Shown here piece after piece: positions 29,753 through 38,393 of a stretch of 64,000 bases of DNA. A program made the translations under genes and the position numbers. The DNA comes from an uncultured Actinomycetes bacterium (lineage in GTDB: Bacteria; Actinomycetota; UBA4738; HRBIN12). The notes below the pieces were generated by a model, which worked only from the letters and a program-made list of their open reading frames with translations, was not told the DNA's origin and ran no database searches. The stretch is taken from contig CAVQUN010000006.1 of the NCBI GenBank assembly GCA_963716935.1, positions 83,678-147,677 on the forward strand. The letters run 5' to 3'. Within the stretch, counting starts at the first letter, position 1. The number at the start of each line of letters is the position of its first letter.

Positions 29753-29758
29753 GCGTCG

Positions 29759-29764
29759 AGCGTA
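29759..29764 (-). promoter_or_regulatory. -10-like hexamer TACGCT, candidate leaderless promoter of the GAF kinase
   Basis: On the minus strand, TACGCT lies 6 nt upstream of GTG 29752. Confidence 0.35.
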
Positions 29765-29914
29765 GCCGCCCGCGGGCGGCGCGTCCGAGACGGGCTCACG
29801 GCCCGACCCGGGCGGGCCACGACCTTGCCCGTGGAGGGTCCTTAGGCCGTGGGGTGGCGCCCCGGTCCGACCTACGGTGGAACCGGATCGAGAACGCTCG
29901 GAAGGAGGACGACG

Positions 29915-30625
29915 ATGAAGCGGACCGTCTCCGACGTGATGACGCGCGCGGTCGTATCCGTCGACGCCTTCACGCCGTTCAAGGAGATCGTGCAACGCAT
30001 GCAGGAGCACCGGGTGAGCGCGCTGCCGGTGGTGGACGAGGACGGGTGCGTGCTGGGGCTCGTCTCGGAGGCGGACCTCATGCTGAAGGAGGACCCGGAC
30101 CTGGAGGGAGGGGCCCGGGTGTTCGAAGGAGCGCACCGGCGCCGCGACCGTTCACGGGCGGCCGGGCTCGTCGCCGCCGACCTGATGAACGCCCCGGCGA
30201 TCACCATCACCCCCGGCGCCTCGATCGGCGACGCGGCACGCCTGATGCACCGACGGGAGGTCAAACGCCTGCCCGTCGTCGATCCGACCGATGGGCGGAT
30301 CGTGGGCATCGTGGCTCGCGCCGACGTGCTGAAGGTGTTCCTGCGGGCCGACGAGGAGATCGCGCGGGAGATCCGCGAGGACGTGATCCGACGGACGCTC
30401 TGGATCGATCCCGCTACCATCCGGGTCGTGGTCCGAACCGGCATCGTGTCGGCCGAGGGACAGCTGGAGCGGCGGAGCCTCATCGCGGTTCTCGAGCGGC
30501 TCGTGCTGGCGACCGAGGGCGTCGTGGCGTTCGAGGACCATCTCTCCTACCTGACCGACGACGTCACGCCGCCGTTCGACGTGTCGAGCTCGTGGCCGAC
30601 CCCGTTCTCGAGAGCCGGTCGTTGA
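29915..30625 (+). CDS. CBS-pair plus BON domain protein
   Basis: ATG 29915 with GGAGGA 6 nt upstream. Two CBS motifs (DVMTRAVVSV...LPVVDEDGCVLGLVSEADL; DLMNAPAITI...LPVVDPTDGRIVGIVARADVL), then a BON-like segment (IRVVVRTGIVSAEGQLE...EGVVAFEDHL). Confidence 0.8.
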   Translation: MKRTVSDVMTRAVVSVDAFTPFKEIVQRMQEHRVSALPVVDEDGCVLGLVSEADLMLKEDPDLEGGARVFEGAHRRRDRSRAAGLVAADLMNAPAITITPGASIGDAARLMHRREVKRLPVVDPTDGRIVGIVARADVLKVFLRADEEIAREIREDVIRRTLWIDPATIRVVVRTGIVSAEGQLERRSLIAVLERLVLATEGVVAFEDHLSYLTDDVTPPFDVSSSWPTPFSRAGR

Positions 30626-31455
30626 CGAAGGGATCTGCGCCGCTCGCTCGCGTGCTGATCGGCACCGACGGCTCGGCGCGCAGCGACGAGGCGGTTCGGC
30701 AGGGAGCGCGGCTCGCGGCGGCGGCCGAGGCGGAGCTCGAGGTGGCGTTCGTCGTCGACACGCATCGGCCGCACGGCGAAGACGTCGAGGCGGAGGCGGA
30801 GCACGCGCTCGAGCGTTCCTCCGCGATCTCGGCCGAGGTCGGGGTCCGGGCCGATACCCGGATCCTGTCGGGCGAGCCGGGCGCGACGCTGGTCGCCGAG
30901 GCCGGGCAGGAGGGCGCGGACCTGATCTGCGTCGGGCCGGACGCGGGCCTGATCGGCGACTCGCTCCGGATCGGGCATGTGGCCGCGCACGTGGTCCGGG
31001 AGGCGAGCGGCTCCGTCCTGGTGGCCCGCTCCGCCGGGCCGGGGTTCCCGGCTCGCATCGCGTGCGGCGTGGACGGCTCGGACGCATCGGCGCGGACCGC
31101 GGCGTACGCCGCGGGCATCGCGGTCGTGACGGGGGCCGAGCTTCGCGTGCTCCACGTGATCCCCGTCTTCCGCGGGCACGACACCGAATGGACGCTCGGC
31201 GACGGCGAGGCCAGCCCGCCGGAGCTCGAGCCGGCCGTCGCGGCGGCCGTCGAGCGCGGCGTGGTCCCGATCCGCGAGATGGCCATGGGCCGTCCCGAGC
31301 ACGCGCTCGTGAAGACCTCGCAGCGCGACGGGACCGACCTGCTCGTCGTCGGACATCGCGGCGTGGCGGGCATGCGCAAGGCGCTGCTCGGCAGCGTGAG
31401 CGAGTACTGCACGCACCGCGCGGAGTGCTCGGTGCTCGTCGCTCGACTCGGCTAG
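30622..31455 (+). CDS. Tandem universal stress protein (two USP domains)
   Basis: TTG 30622 overlaps the CBS-BON stop (TTGA); an alternative GTG lies at 30652. VLIGTDGSARSDEA...DLICVGPD...VLVAR is followed by IACGVDGSDASART...DLLVVGHRGVAGMRKALLGSVSEYCTHRAECSVLVAR. Confidence 0.8.
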   Translation: MTKGSAPLARVLIGTDGSARSDEAVRQGARLAAAAEAELEVAFVVDTHRPHGEDVEAEAEHALERSSAISAEVGVRADTRILSGEPGATLVAEAGQEGADLICVGPDAGLIGDSLRIGHVAAHVVREASGSVLVARSAGPGFPARIACGVDGSDASARTAAYAAGIAVVTGAELRVLHVIPVFRGHDTEWTLGDGEASPPELEPAVAAAVERGVVPIREMAMGRPEHALVKTSQRDGTDLLVVGHRGVAGMRKALLGSVSEYCTHRAECSVLVARLG

Positions 31456-34175
31456 GTCCCGCCCGCGGTCTGCTGTGCCGCAAGCGGTCTGCTCGACGGC
31501 GCCTCCTGGACGCGTACCCGCGCGTCGACGATCACGGCCCCGTGCGGCAGGACCATCACGGGGTTGCAGTCCATCTCGGCGATGCTGGGGTGGGCGTCGA
31601 CGAGCGCGCTCACGCGAAGGATCACGTCCTCGAGGGCCGCGACGTCGACCTTCGGCGCGCCGCGGAAGCCCTCGAGCATCGGAGCGGTTCGCAGGGAACC
31701 GATCATCTCGCTCGCGTCGAGATCCGTGATCGGCGTGACCCGCACGGCGACGTCGCGAAGCAGCTCGACGGTGGTCCCCCCCGCCCCGCAGGCGACCACG
31801 GGGCCGAACAGCGGATCGTGGGCGACGCCCACGAGCATCTCGACGCCGCCCTCGACCATCGGCTGTACCACGTATCCCTCGAGGGCGAGCCCCGCCGTCT
31901 GCACCCGCTCCGCCATCGAGCGCGCGGCCGCCGCGGCGTCCGACGGCCCCTCGAGGCCGAGGGCGACGGCGCCCACCTCCGTCTTGTGGACGAGGTCCGG
32001 CCCGATGCCCTTGATCGCCACGGGACCGCCCGATCGCGCCGCAGCATCGCCGACCTCCTCGGGGGTCCGGGCGAGCTCCGACCGAACCGTGCGGAGCCCG
32101 TAGCACTCGAGGAGCCGTTCGGCCTGCGTCCCGGTGAGCCACCCTCCCGGGGCGTCGACGAGCGCCTGCGCGACGATGCCCGCGGCCTCGTCGGTCCGGG
32201 CGTCGGGAAAGCGTGGGATCGTGCCGAGGGGCCGGTCGCGCCACCGGCCGTACCGGGCGGCGTGCGCCATCGCGATCGCCGCCTGCTCGGGGAACGCGAA
32301 AGACGGAACCCGCGTGCCGGACTCCTGCAGCGCCGCCGGCAGCCCCTTCGTCGACATCCACGTGGTGGCCACCGGGATCCGTCCGCCGATCTCGCCGATC
32401 GCGGAGACGATCGCGTGGCCGATCTCCTGCGCCTGGGTCGCGAGCGGCGGGATGTAGATCACGATCATCGCGTCGACGTCGGGGTCGGTGCCCACGCTGC
32501 GAATCGCGTTCGCGTAGTCCGCCGCGGTCGCCGACGCGATCATGTCGACGGGATTGCTCACGGAGGCCTCGGCGGGGAGGAACGTCCGCAGCCGTTCCTG
32601 CGTGGCCGCCGAGAGCTGCTCGACGCGCAGGCCGTTGCCCTCGCAGGTGTCGGCGCACAGGATCCCGAGCCCGCCGGCGTTCGTCACGATGGCGACGCGG
32701 TCGCCCTTCGGCGCCGGCTGGTTCGCCAGGATCGTGGCGACGTCGAACATCTCCTCGAGCGTGTCCGTCCGGATCACGCCCGCCTGACGGAACAGCGCGT
32801 CCACCGTCACGTCGGACGACGCGAGCAGCGCTCCGGTGTGCGACGCGGCCGCCCGCGCGCCCGCGGCGCTTCGCCCCGACTTCACTGCGACGATCGGCTT
32901 TCGACGTCCCACCTCTCGGGCCAGCCGCGCGAACCGCCGCGGGTTGCCGAACGACTCCAGGTACAGGAGCACCACGTCGGTGTCCGGATCCTGGTTCCAG
33001 TACGCGATGAGGTCGTTCCCGGAGATGTCGGCCGAGTTCCCGATCGAGACGAACGAGGAGAGCCCGAGCCCGAGCTCGGAGGCGTACTGCATGACGGCCA
33101 GGCCGAGGGCCCCGGACTGCGAGAGGAACGCCACGCGTCCGACCGGGGGATAGGCGGTCGTGAACGTGCCGTTCAGGCGGATCTCGTCCGACGTGTTCAC
33201 CACGCCCATGCAGTTGGGGCCGACGATCCGCATTCCGAAGGCGCGGCTGATCGCGACCAGCTCCTCCTGTCGGGCGGGTCCCTCGCCGCCGGTCTCGCCG
33301 AATCCCGCCGAGATGACGACCAGCCCGCGGACGCCCTTCTCCCCGCACTGGCGGGCGACGTCGGCGACCAGGTCGGCGGGGACGACGAGGAAGGCGACGT
33401 CCACCTCACCGGGGACGTCGCCGATGGAGGGGTAGGCGACCACGCCGTGGACCACGTCCGCCCTCGGGTTGACGGGGTATACGGGTCCGCGAAACTCCGT
33501 GGTGAGCAGGTTGTGGAACAGGCGGCCGCCGATCGTTCCGGAGTCCCGTGACGCACCGACGACGGCCACCGAGCGGGGCGTGAGGAACGTGCGCATGGCG
33601 TTCACGGCGGCCTGGGTCTCGCGGTCCTCGAACTGCTCCACCGCCTCCTCGGTGAGCAGGATGGGGAACTCGACCTCGATCGACCCCGGGGTCGCGCGGA
33701 TGGAGACGGTGAACCCGCTTCCGCGGAAGACGTTGATCATCGCGTGGTTCTCTGGCAGGACCTCGGCCACGAAGGTCGTGATCTCCTGACGGGCGGCCTC
33801 CTGGGCCATCTGCCCGAGCAGGATCGATCCGACGCCCCGTCCCTGGAACTCGTCCGTGACCGAAAGGCTGATCTCGGCCCGGCCGCCCTCGATGCGGAAG
33901 TACTGGGCGCCGCCGATCATGCGGCCGTCGTCGCCGCCCTGCAGGACCAGGAGCGTGAGGTGGTCGTGATAGTCGACGTCCGTGATCTTTGCGGCGAGCC
34001 CCCGGACGTCGATCGCCTGAGACCAGAAGCGAAGGCGCCGCGTCTCGGGCGACAGGCCGATGAGGTAGTCCTCGACCAGGACGGCGTCGCTCGGGCGCGC
34101 CGGCCGGATGCGAACCGTGGAGCCGTCGCGCAGCGCCACGTCCGAGACGAGGTGATCGGGGAAGGTCGCGCCCAT
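31452..34175 (-). CDS. GNAT acetyltransferase fused to an NDP-forming acyl-CoA synthetase-like module (Pat-type protein lysine acetyltransferase, GNAT-first order)
   Basis: 907 aa. The N-terminal GNAT has QGRGVGSILLGQMAQEA. It is followed by a CoA-binding domain (PRSVAVVGASRD...VYPVNP), a succinyl-CoA-ligase-like domain (GPNCMGV) and an ATP-grasp region. Confidence 0.8.
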   Translation of the reverse strand: MGATFPDHLVSDVALRDGSTVRIRPARPSDAVLVEDYLIGLSPETRRLRFWSQAIDVRGLAAKITDVDYHDHLTLLVLQGGDDGRMIGGAQYFRIEGGRAEISLSVTDEFQGRGVGSILLGQMAQEAARQEITTFVAEVLPENHAMINVFRGSGFTVSIRATPGSIEVEFPILLTEEAVEQFEDRETQAAVNAMRTFLTPRSVAVVGASRDSGTIGGRLFHNLLTTEFRGPVYPVNPRADVVHGVVAYPSIGDVPGEVDVAFLVVPADLVADVARQCGEKGVRGLVVISAGFGETGGEGPARQEELVAISRAFGMRIVGPNCMGVVNTSDEIRLNGTFTTAYPPVGRVAFLSQSGALGLAVMQYASELGLGLSSFVSIGNSADISGNDLIAYWNQDPDTDVVLLYLESFGNPRRFARLAREVGRRKPIVAVKSGRSAAGARAAASHTGALLASSDVTVDALFRQAGVIRTDTLEEMFDVATILANQPAPKGDRVAIVTNAGGLGILCADTCEGNGLRVEQLSAATQERLRTFLPAEASVSNPVDMIASATAADYANAIRSVGTDPDVDAMIVIYIPPLATQAQEIGHAIVSAIGEIGGRIPVATTWMSTKGLPAALQESGTRVPSFAFPEQAAIAMAHAARYGRWRDRPLGTIPRFPDARTDEAAGIVAQALVDAPGGWLTGTQAERLLECYGLRTVRSELARTPEEVGDAAARSGGPVAIKGIGPDLVHKTEVGAVALGLEGPSDAAAAARSMAERVQTAGLALEGYVVQPMVEGGVEMLVGVAHDPLFGPVVACGAGGTTVELLRDVAVRVTPITDLDASEMIGSLRTAPMLEGFRGAPKVDVAALEDVILRVSALVDAHPSIAEMDCNPVMVLPHGAVIVDARVRVQEAPSSRPLAAQQTAGGT

Positions 34176-34181
34176 AGGCGA

Positions 34182-34187
34182 ATCCTA
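34182..34187 (-). promoter_or_regulatory. -10-like hexamer TAGGAT, candidate leaderless promoter of the Pat-like gene
   Basis: On the minus strand, TAGGAT lies 6 nt upstream of ATG 34175. Confidence 0.35.
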
Positions 34188-34234
34188 GCGAGGGCCGGTC
34201 CCCGTCCGGCTCCTCGTTCTATCTCGCCGGGGGG

Positions 34235-34849
34235 TCAGGCGGCGGCCGGCGGGGCCGGGAGCTCGGGCGCCGCCACGGCCGATCTCGCGACGACGCGGTC
34301 TCTCGCGGCCGGTGGGGCCGCGCGCTCGGGCCGGTACCCGGCCGTCAGCCCGCGAACGATCAGCAGGAAGAGGACCACGAGCCCGGTCACCAGGTACGTC
34401 CACCACATCGCGGGGCGGACGCTGTCGGTTCCGGCGAACACGCCGTGGACCATGGACAGGACGAAGGTCGGAACGGCCAGCAGGTGGGTCCGCCGCCACC
34501 ACTTCGTCCCGATCTTCTTGCGCATCCAGCTGGTCACGATCACGAAGACGGTGGCGTACATGGCCACCACGCCGAACGTGATCGCGACCGGGCGGTATGT
34601 GCTCGCCATCGGGATCGTGACGTCGACGATCGAGAACGGCATGAACGAGTCGGCCAGCAGGACGCCCACGTGCCCGGCGAGCAGGACCAACCCGCAGGTG
34701 GCCATGAACTGGTGCACCGTGGTGGCGGACGCCTTCGAGATGCGCTTGCCGAAGATCGAGGTCGTCGCGGCGAGGCCCCAGACGACGGACAGGAACAGCA
34801 TGAGGTACGCGCCGATGCCGAGGGCCCGAAGCAGGATCCACATCGTCAT
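34235..34849 (-). CDS. Ferric-reductase-like / MsrQ-like heme-binding transmembrane protein
   Basis: 204 aa with ~6 hydrophobic helices and His residues positioned in helices (TTVHQFMA, LLAGHVG, RRTHLLA, SMVHGVF). ATGA overlap with the apbE stop. Confidence 0.65.
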   Translation of the reverse strand: MTMWILLRALGIGAYLMLFLSVVWGLAATTSIFGKRISKASATTVHQFMATCGLVLLAGHVGVLLADSFMPFSIVDVTIPMASTYRPVAITFGVVAMYATVFVIVTSWMRKKIGTKWWRRTHLLAVPTFVLSMVHGVFAGTDSVRPAMWWTYLVTGLVVLFLLIVRGLTAGYRPERAAPPAARDRVVARSAVAAPELPAPPAAA

Positions 34850-35739
34850 CCGAGCACCGGCTCGCTCGTCGTCATGTTCGTCAGGATCCGGCCGTCCGCG
34901 AGCACGAGGAGCGCGGCTCCCCGATCCAGGAACGACTCGCCCTCAAGGAGCGCCTCCTTGGCTCGGACCTCCGCCTCGGCGCACGTGGGCGCCCACACGC
35001 TCGCCTGGAGCACCGGACCGGCGGCGGGCAGGCCGGTCGCGGGGTCGATCAGATGATGGAGCCCGTTGCCCCATGCCCGGCGCGTCACCGAGGAGGTCGC
35101 GAGCGCGCCTTCGTCGAGCACGATCCGTCCGGCGTCCGTGTCGGACGTCTCGGGATCCTCGACCCCCACCTCGATCCCCTCGCGCGGCGCCACTCCGGCG
35201 ATGCGAAGATCTCCGCCGGCGTTGACGAGCGCCCACGGCAGACCGCAGGCGACCGCCGCCTCGGCCGCGACGTCGACGGTCCATCCCTTGGCGATTCCCC
35301 CGAGGTCGAGTCCCACCCCGGGCGGGAGTCGCAGCCGGCGGCCGTCGAGCTCCACGTCGCCCGCGCGACCGCACGGCCGTGGGGGACGAAGCGCACCCCG
35401 GGCGCCGGCCAGGATCTCGTCGAAGTCGCGGTCGTAGCCGGCGGCGATCACGGCGTCGAGCACCGTCGGATCGAAACGCCCACCCGTCTCGCTCCAAGCG
35501 GTGAGCGCGAGCCCGACCACGGAGCCGAACTCGAGCGAAACCCCGGTCCACGCGCCCGCCGCGGCGTTCACCGCGGACAGCTCGCTGTCCGGGCGGAACC
35601 GGGAGAAGCGACGCTCTTCGCGCTCGAACACCGATCGAAGGGTGTCGGCGCCGGCGAGGAAGGCCGGGGACCCGGCCGGGCCGATCAGGCTCACGTCGGT
35701 TCCCATCGCCCGGAACCCGGCTCGCTCGACCTCCGGCAT
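34846..35739 (-). CDS. apbE: FAD:protein FMN transferase (ApbE family)
   Basis: Internal ATG 35739 of ORF 34846-36045. Motifs AMGTDVSL, SELSAVN, LDLGGIAKGWTVD and HHLIDPATGLPA. No obvious signal peptide or lipobox. Confidence 0.8.
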   Translation of the reverse strand: MPEVERAGFRAMGTDVSLIGPAGSPAFLAGADTLRSVFEREERRFSRFRPDSELSAVNAAAGAWTGVSLEFGSVVGLALTAWSETGGRFDPTVLDAVIAAGYDRDFDEILAGARGALRPPRPCGRAGDVELDGRRLRLPPGVGLDLGGIAKGWTVDVAAEAAVACGLPWALVNAGGDLRIAGVAPREGIEVGVEDPETSDTDAGRIVLDEGALATSSVTRRAWGNGLHHLIDPATGLPAAGPVLQASVWAPTCAEAEVRAKEALLEGESFLDRGAALLVLADGRILTNMTTSEPVLG

Positions 35740-36110
35740 CACGATCCTCCCGTGCTCGTCGTGGGCGGGGGGTTCGTGGTCGAGCCGCCGCCGTTCGAGG
35801 ACCCGTTGCTCCCCGCTGCGACCGTGCCCGAGCCGGACGAGCTCGATCCGGACGGGGACGATGGAACGGTCACGTACTGCACGGGCGCGGACGCCGGGCG
35901 GTCGGTGATGACGACGCGCCGGGTGATCTTCTTGACGATCACCACCGGCCGCTCGGCCTTGCCCGCGGCGACGTTGGTCGCCGGCTTGGGCGAGGCGCCC
36001 AGCGCGGCCCAGGGCGCGAAGAACGCGAGGCCGCCGGCGAGCCACGCCCAGACGCGCAGCTCGCGCTTGGAGGCTCGCCGCCGCCCGACGCGCTCGGCTT
36101 TCTCAGTCAT
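35739..36110 (-). CDS. Small N-terminally anchored protein, Ser/Gly/Thr-rich tail (paralogue B)
   Basis: ATG 36110 (alternative 36128). TM helix VWAWLAGGLAFFAPWAALG, basic block ERPVVIVKKITRRVVITD, and tail SSPSGSSSSGSG...TTNPPPTTSTGGS. The stop overlaps the apbE start. Confidence 0.6.
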   Translation of the reverse strand: MTEKAERVGRRRASKRELRVWAWLAGGLAFFAPWAALGASPKPATNVAAGKAERPVVIVKKITRRVVITDRPASAPVQYVTVPSSPSGSSSSGSGTVAAGSNGSSNGGGSTTNPPPTTSTGGS

Positions 36111-36486
36111 CGCCGAACTCCCCTTCATCTCCTTGCCACCCGCCGTCGTCCTGGCCCTCGCTCTCGTGTTCGCCCTCGAACTGGTCGTCGTTCACTGTCT
36201 CGTCGTCGCGAGAATCCTCGGACGAGCTCATCGCGGGGGAGGACGCGGGGGCGCTCTGCGCGGCCGGGGCCGCGATCGTGACCACCTGCGGCGCCTTGGG
36301 CTTGGCCTTCTTGTGGATCGTCACGGTCCGCTCGATGGTCCGGACCCGCGGCTTGAGGTCGGCGCTCCCGGCGCTCCCGGCGCTCGCGACCGGTCCGCTC
36401 GCAAAGCCGAGCGACATCGCGACCACGCCGGCGAGCAGCGCGCCCACCAGGCCCGCCGCCACCGTCATCGCCGAACGCTTCTTCAT
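36103..36486 (-). CDS. Small N-terminally anchored protein, acidic tail (paralogue A)
   Basis: AAGGAGG SD 5 nt upstream of ATG 36486. TM helix VAAGLVGALLAGVVAMSLGF, basic block PRVRTIERTVTIHKKAKPK, and acidic tail DDQFEGEHESEGQDDGGWQGDEGEFGDD. Confidence 0.65.
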   Translation of the reverse strand: MKKRSAMTVAAGLVGALLAGVVAMSLGFASGPVASAGSAGSADLKPRVRTIERTVTIHKKAKPKAPQVVTIAAPAAQSAPASSPAMSSSEDSRDDETVNDDQFEGEHESEGQDDGGWQGDEGEFGDD

Positions 36487-36659
36487 GCTGCACCTCCTTC
36501 TCTGATTGAGACCACCGTACGGGTGGGCCGTTCAGGCGGATCTCAGCGGCGGGTTAAGGCTTCGATAACCCCCTCGAGGTCGTTCGGACCGCTCGACCCG
36601 GCCCGGTCGGCACTGCCGGCCGACTCGCCCGGGCGGGATGCTCGGACGAGAAGGAGGCG

Positions 36660-37121
36660 ATGGCGATGTTCGAGCGCATCCTGCTCGCGGTCGACGGTTC
36701 CCCGCACAGCGCGGAGGCCGTCCCCGTCGCGGCGGACCTCGCGTTCCGGTACCACGGGGAGCTTGTGGTCTTCCACGCTCGGGAGCTGGACCTCGTGACG
36801 GGCGAGGAGGTCGAGTCGTCCCGCGAGGCGTCGGAGCTCGTCGACGGCCTCGTTCGGGCCCTGAAGGACACGGGCGTGAGCGCCCGGGGCGAGATCGTTT
36901 CCGTGCCGGCGGGCACGACGGCCCGCGCGATCGTCGAGGCGGCTCGCGAGGAGGACGCGGACCTCGTCGTCCTCGCGACGCGAGGGCTGTCGGACTGGAG
37001 CCGGTTGCTCGTGGGAAGCGTCGCGCACGACGTGGTGCATCACGCCGAGGTCCCGGTGCTGGTCGTTCGGGGCGCCCGGCGCGCCGCCGAGCCGCAGGTC
37101 CGCCCGGCCGTCAGGCGCTGA
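36660..37121 (+). CDS. Universal stress protein
   Basis: 153 aa; AAGGAGG upstream. ILLAVDGSPHSAEA...ADLVVLATRGLSDWSRLLVGSVAHDVVHHAEVPVLVVR. Confidence 0.85.
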   Translation: MAMFERILLAVDGSPHSAEAVPVAADLAFRYHGELVVFHARELDLVTGEEVESSREASELVDGLVRALKDTGVSARGEIVSVPAGTTARAIVEAAREEDADLVVLATRGLSDWSRLLVGSVAHDVVHHAEVPVLVVRGARRAAEPQVRPAVRR

Positions 37122-37821
37122 TCTGCGCGGTGAGGATCGGTGCGGAGGTCGGTGCGGATGGGCAGGTCGACGGTTCGACGGTCACCGCCATCTCCTGAGT
37201 CGACTCCAGGCCCGTGTCGACGAACTCGAAGACCGATCCGTCGGCGGACGGGACGAAGCATCCGCCGGGTACCGGCGTGCCCCCCTGGAACATCCAGAGC
37301 GCGTAGACGTCTCCCTCGGGGGGCGCCTGCATCCCTGAGCCGAGCAGGTAGACGCCGGTCTCGCCGGGACGATAGGCGATCGCCAGGTTGCCGCCCTCGC
37401 CGTCGAACGCGACCACCCGTGCTCGCGACGGCACCTCCGGTTCGCGCGAGGACAGGACGCCGGCTCCCCAGCCGGCGACGAAGAGCAGGACCGCCGCCGC
37501 GGCCGCAACGAGCGGCCGGGCCCAGCGGGCGGTGCGCGAGGCGGGTCGTTCGCGCCCCCCGCTTCCCGAAGCTCGCTCCGGTCGGTCGCTCCCCGCGCGG
37601 GTGACGACCTCGTCCTCGAGCCCGCGAGGGACCGCAGCGGGTTCGAGCGCGAAGGCGAGCCGGCCCGCAACCTCGTCGAGCTCGGACTCGAGGCGCCGAC
37701 ACTCGGCGCAGTCGGGGCCGTGGTCGGCCAGCTCGCGCTCCAGGGTCGCGGCGTCGTCGGGCTCGAGCTCGCCCAGCGCGCGAGCGGCGAGGAGCTCCTC
37801 GATGCGCTCGTGATCCCTCAT
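37111..37821 (-). CDS. Anti-sigma factor (ZAS HxxxCxxC motif, one TM, RskA-like extracytoplasmic domain)
   Basis: Internal ATG 37821 overlaps the sigma stop (ATGA). HGPDCAEC motif, TM helix PLVAAAAAVLLFVAGWGAGVL, and C-terminal YALWMFQGGTPVPGG...AVTVEPS as in anti-sigma-K proteins. Confidence 0.8.
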   Translation of the reverse strand: MRDHERIEELLAARALGELEPDDAATLERELADHGPDCAECRRLESELDEVAGRLAFALEPAAVPRGLEDEVVTRAGSDRPERASGSGGRERPASRTARWARPLVAAAAAVLLFVAGWGAGVLSSREPEVPSRARVVAFDGEGGNLAIAYRPGETGVYLLGSGMQAPPEGDVYALWMFQGGTPVPGGCFVPSADGSVFEFVDTGLESTQEMAVTVEPSTCPSAPTSAPILTAQISA

Positions 37822-38393
37822 CGTTCCATCCCGGTCAGCGTGGCGCGCAGCTTTCGCATGCCGAGCAGGGTGCGCGACTTCACCGTGCCGAGGGGAAGCC
37901 CCAGTCGCTCGGCGATCCGCGACTGCGACATCCCCTCGAAGTACATGAGCTCGATCACCCGACGTTGATCCGGCGGAAGGTCCTCGAGCGCGGCCCGGAC
38001 CGCTTCGCGCTCTTCGGGCACGCCGAGCGCGTCGACCACCGCCTCCGCGGGGTCCTCCACCACGACCACCTCGTTGGCGCGGACGTCCTCGCTGCGCCGG
38101 CGTTGTCACTCCTCGCGCCGAACCGCGTCCACCGCCCGATGATGGACCATGCCCATCAGCCACGACCGCACGGATCCCCGTCCCTCGTCGTAGCCGCGGG
38201 GGTTGCGCCACACGGCGAGGAAGGCCTCCTGCACGATCTCCTCGGCCAGGTACGGTTGCCGGGCGACTCGCCGGGCGAGCGCGAGCGCCGTCGGCGCGTA
38301 CCGGCGGAAGAGCCCCCGAAAGGCTTCCTCCTCGCCACGTTCGATCCGCCGCACCAGGTCGCGATCCCGCACCTGCGTGAGGTCAACGGCCAT
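37818..38393 (-). pseudogene. ECF (SigK-like) sigma-70 family factor interrupted by an in-frame TGA at 38106-38108
   Basis: The region 2 ORF (38106-38393/38447) and the region 4 ORF (37818-38069) are in the same frame and separated by one TGA. Read-through gives ...AVDAVRREE-X-QRRRSEDVRANEVVVVEDP... Confidence 0.7.

Noticed and set aside
29836-29848. GGGTCCTTAGGCC, ~67 nt upstream of the CBS-BON gene, as a possible DosR-type operator
   Set aside because: It is only a partial palindrome (CCT-N-AGG core) and matches about 10 of 14 positions of the remembered consensus. That is not enough support without a genome-wide motif model.
38106-38108. Selenocysteine or genome-wide TGA recoding as an explanation for the in-frame TGA in the sigma gene
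   Set aside because: TGA terminates many well-supported genes in this window. Only a short 5-bp stem lies downstream, with no convincing SECIS-like element. A Sec residue in a sigma-factor linker has no precedent that I know of.
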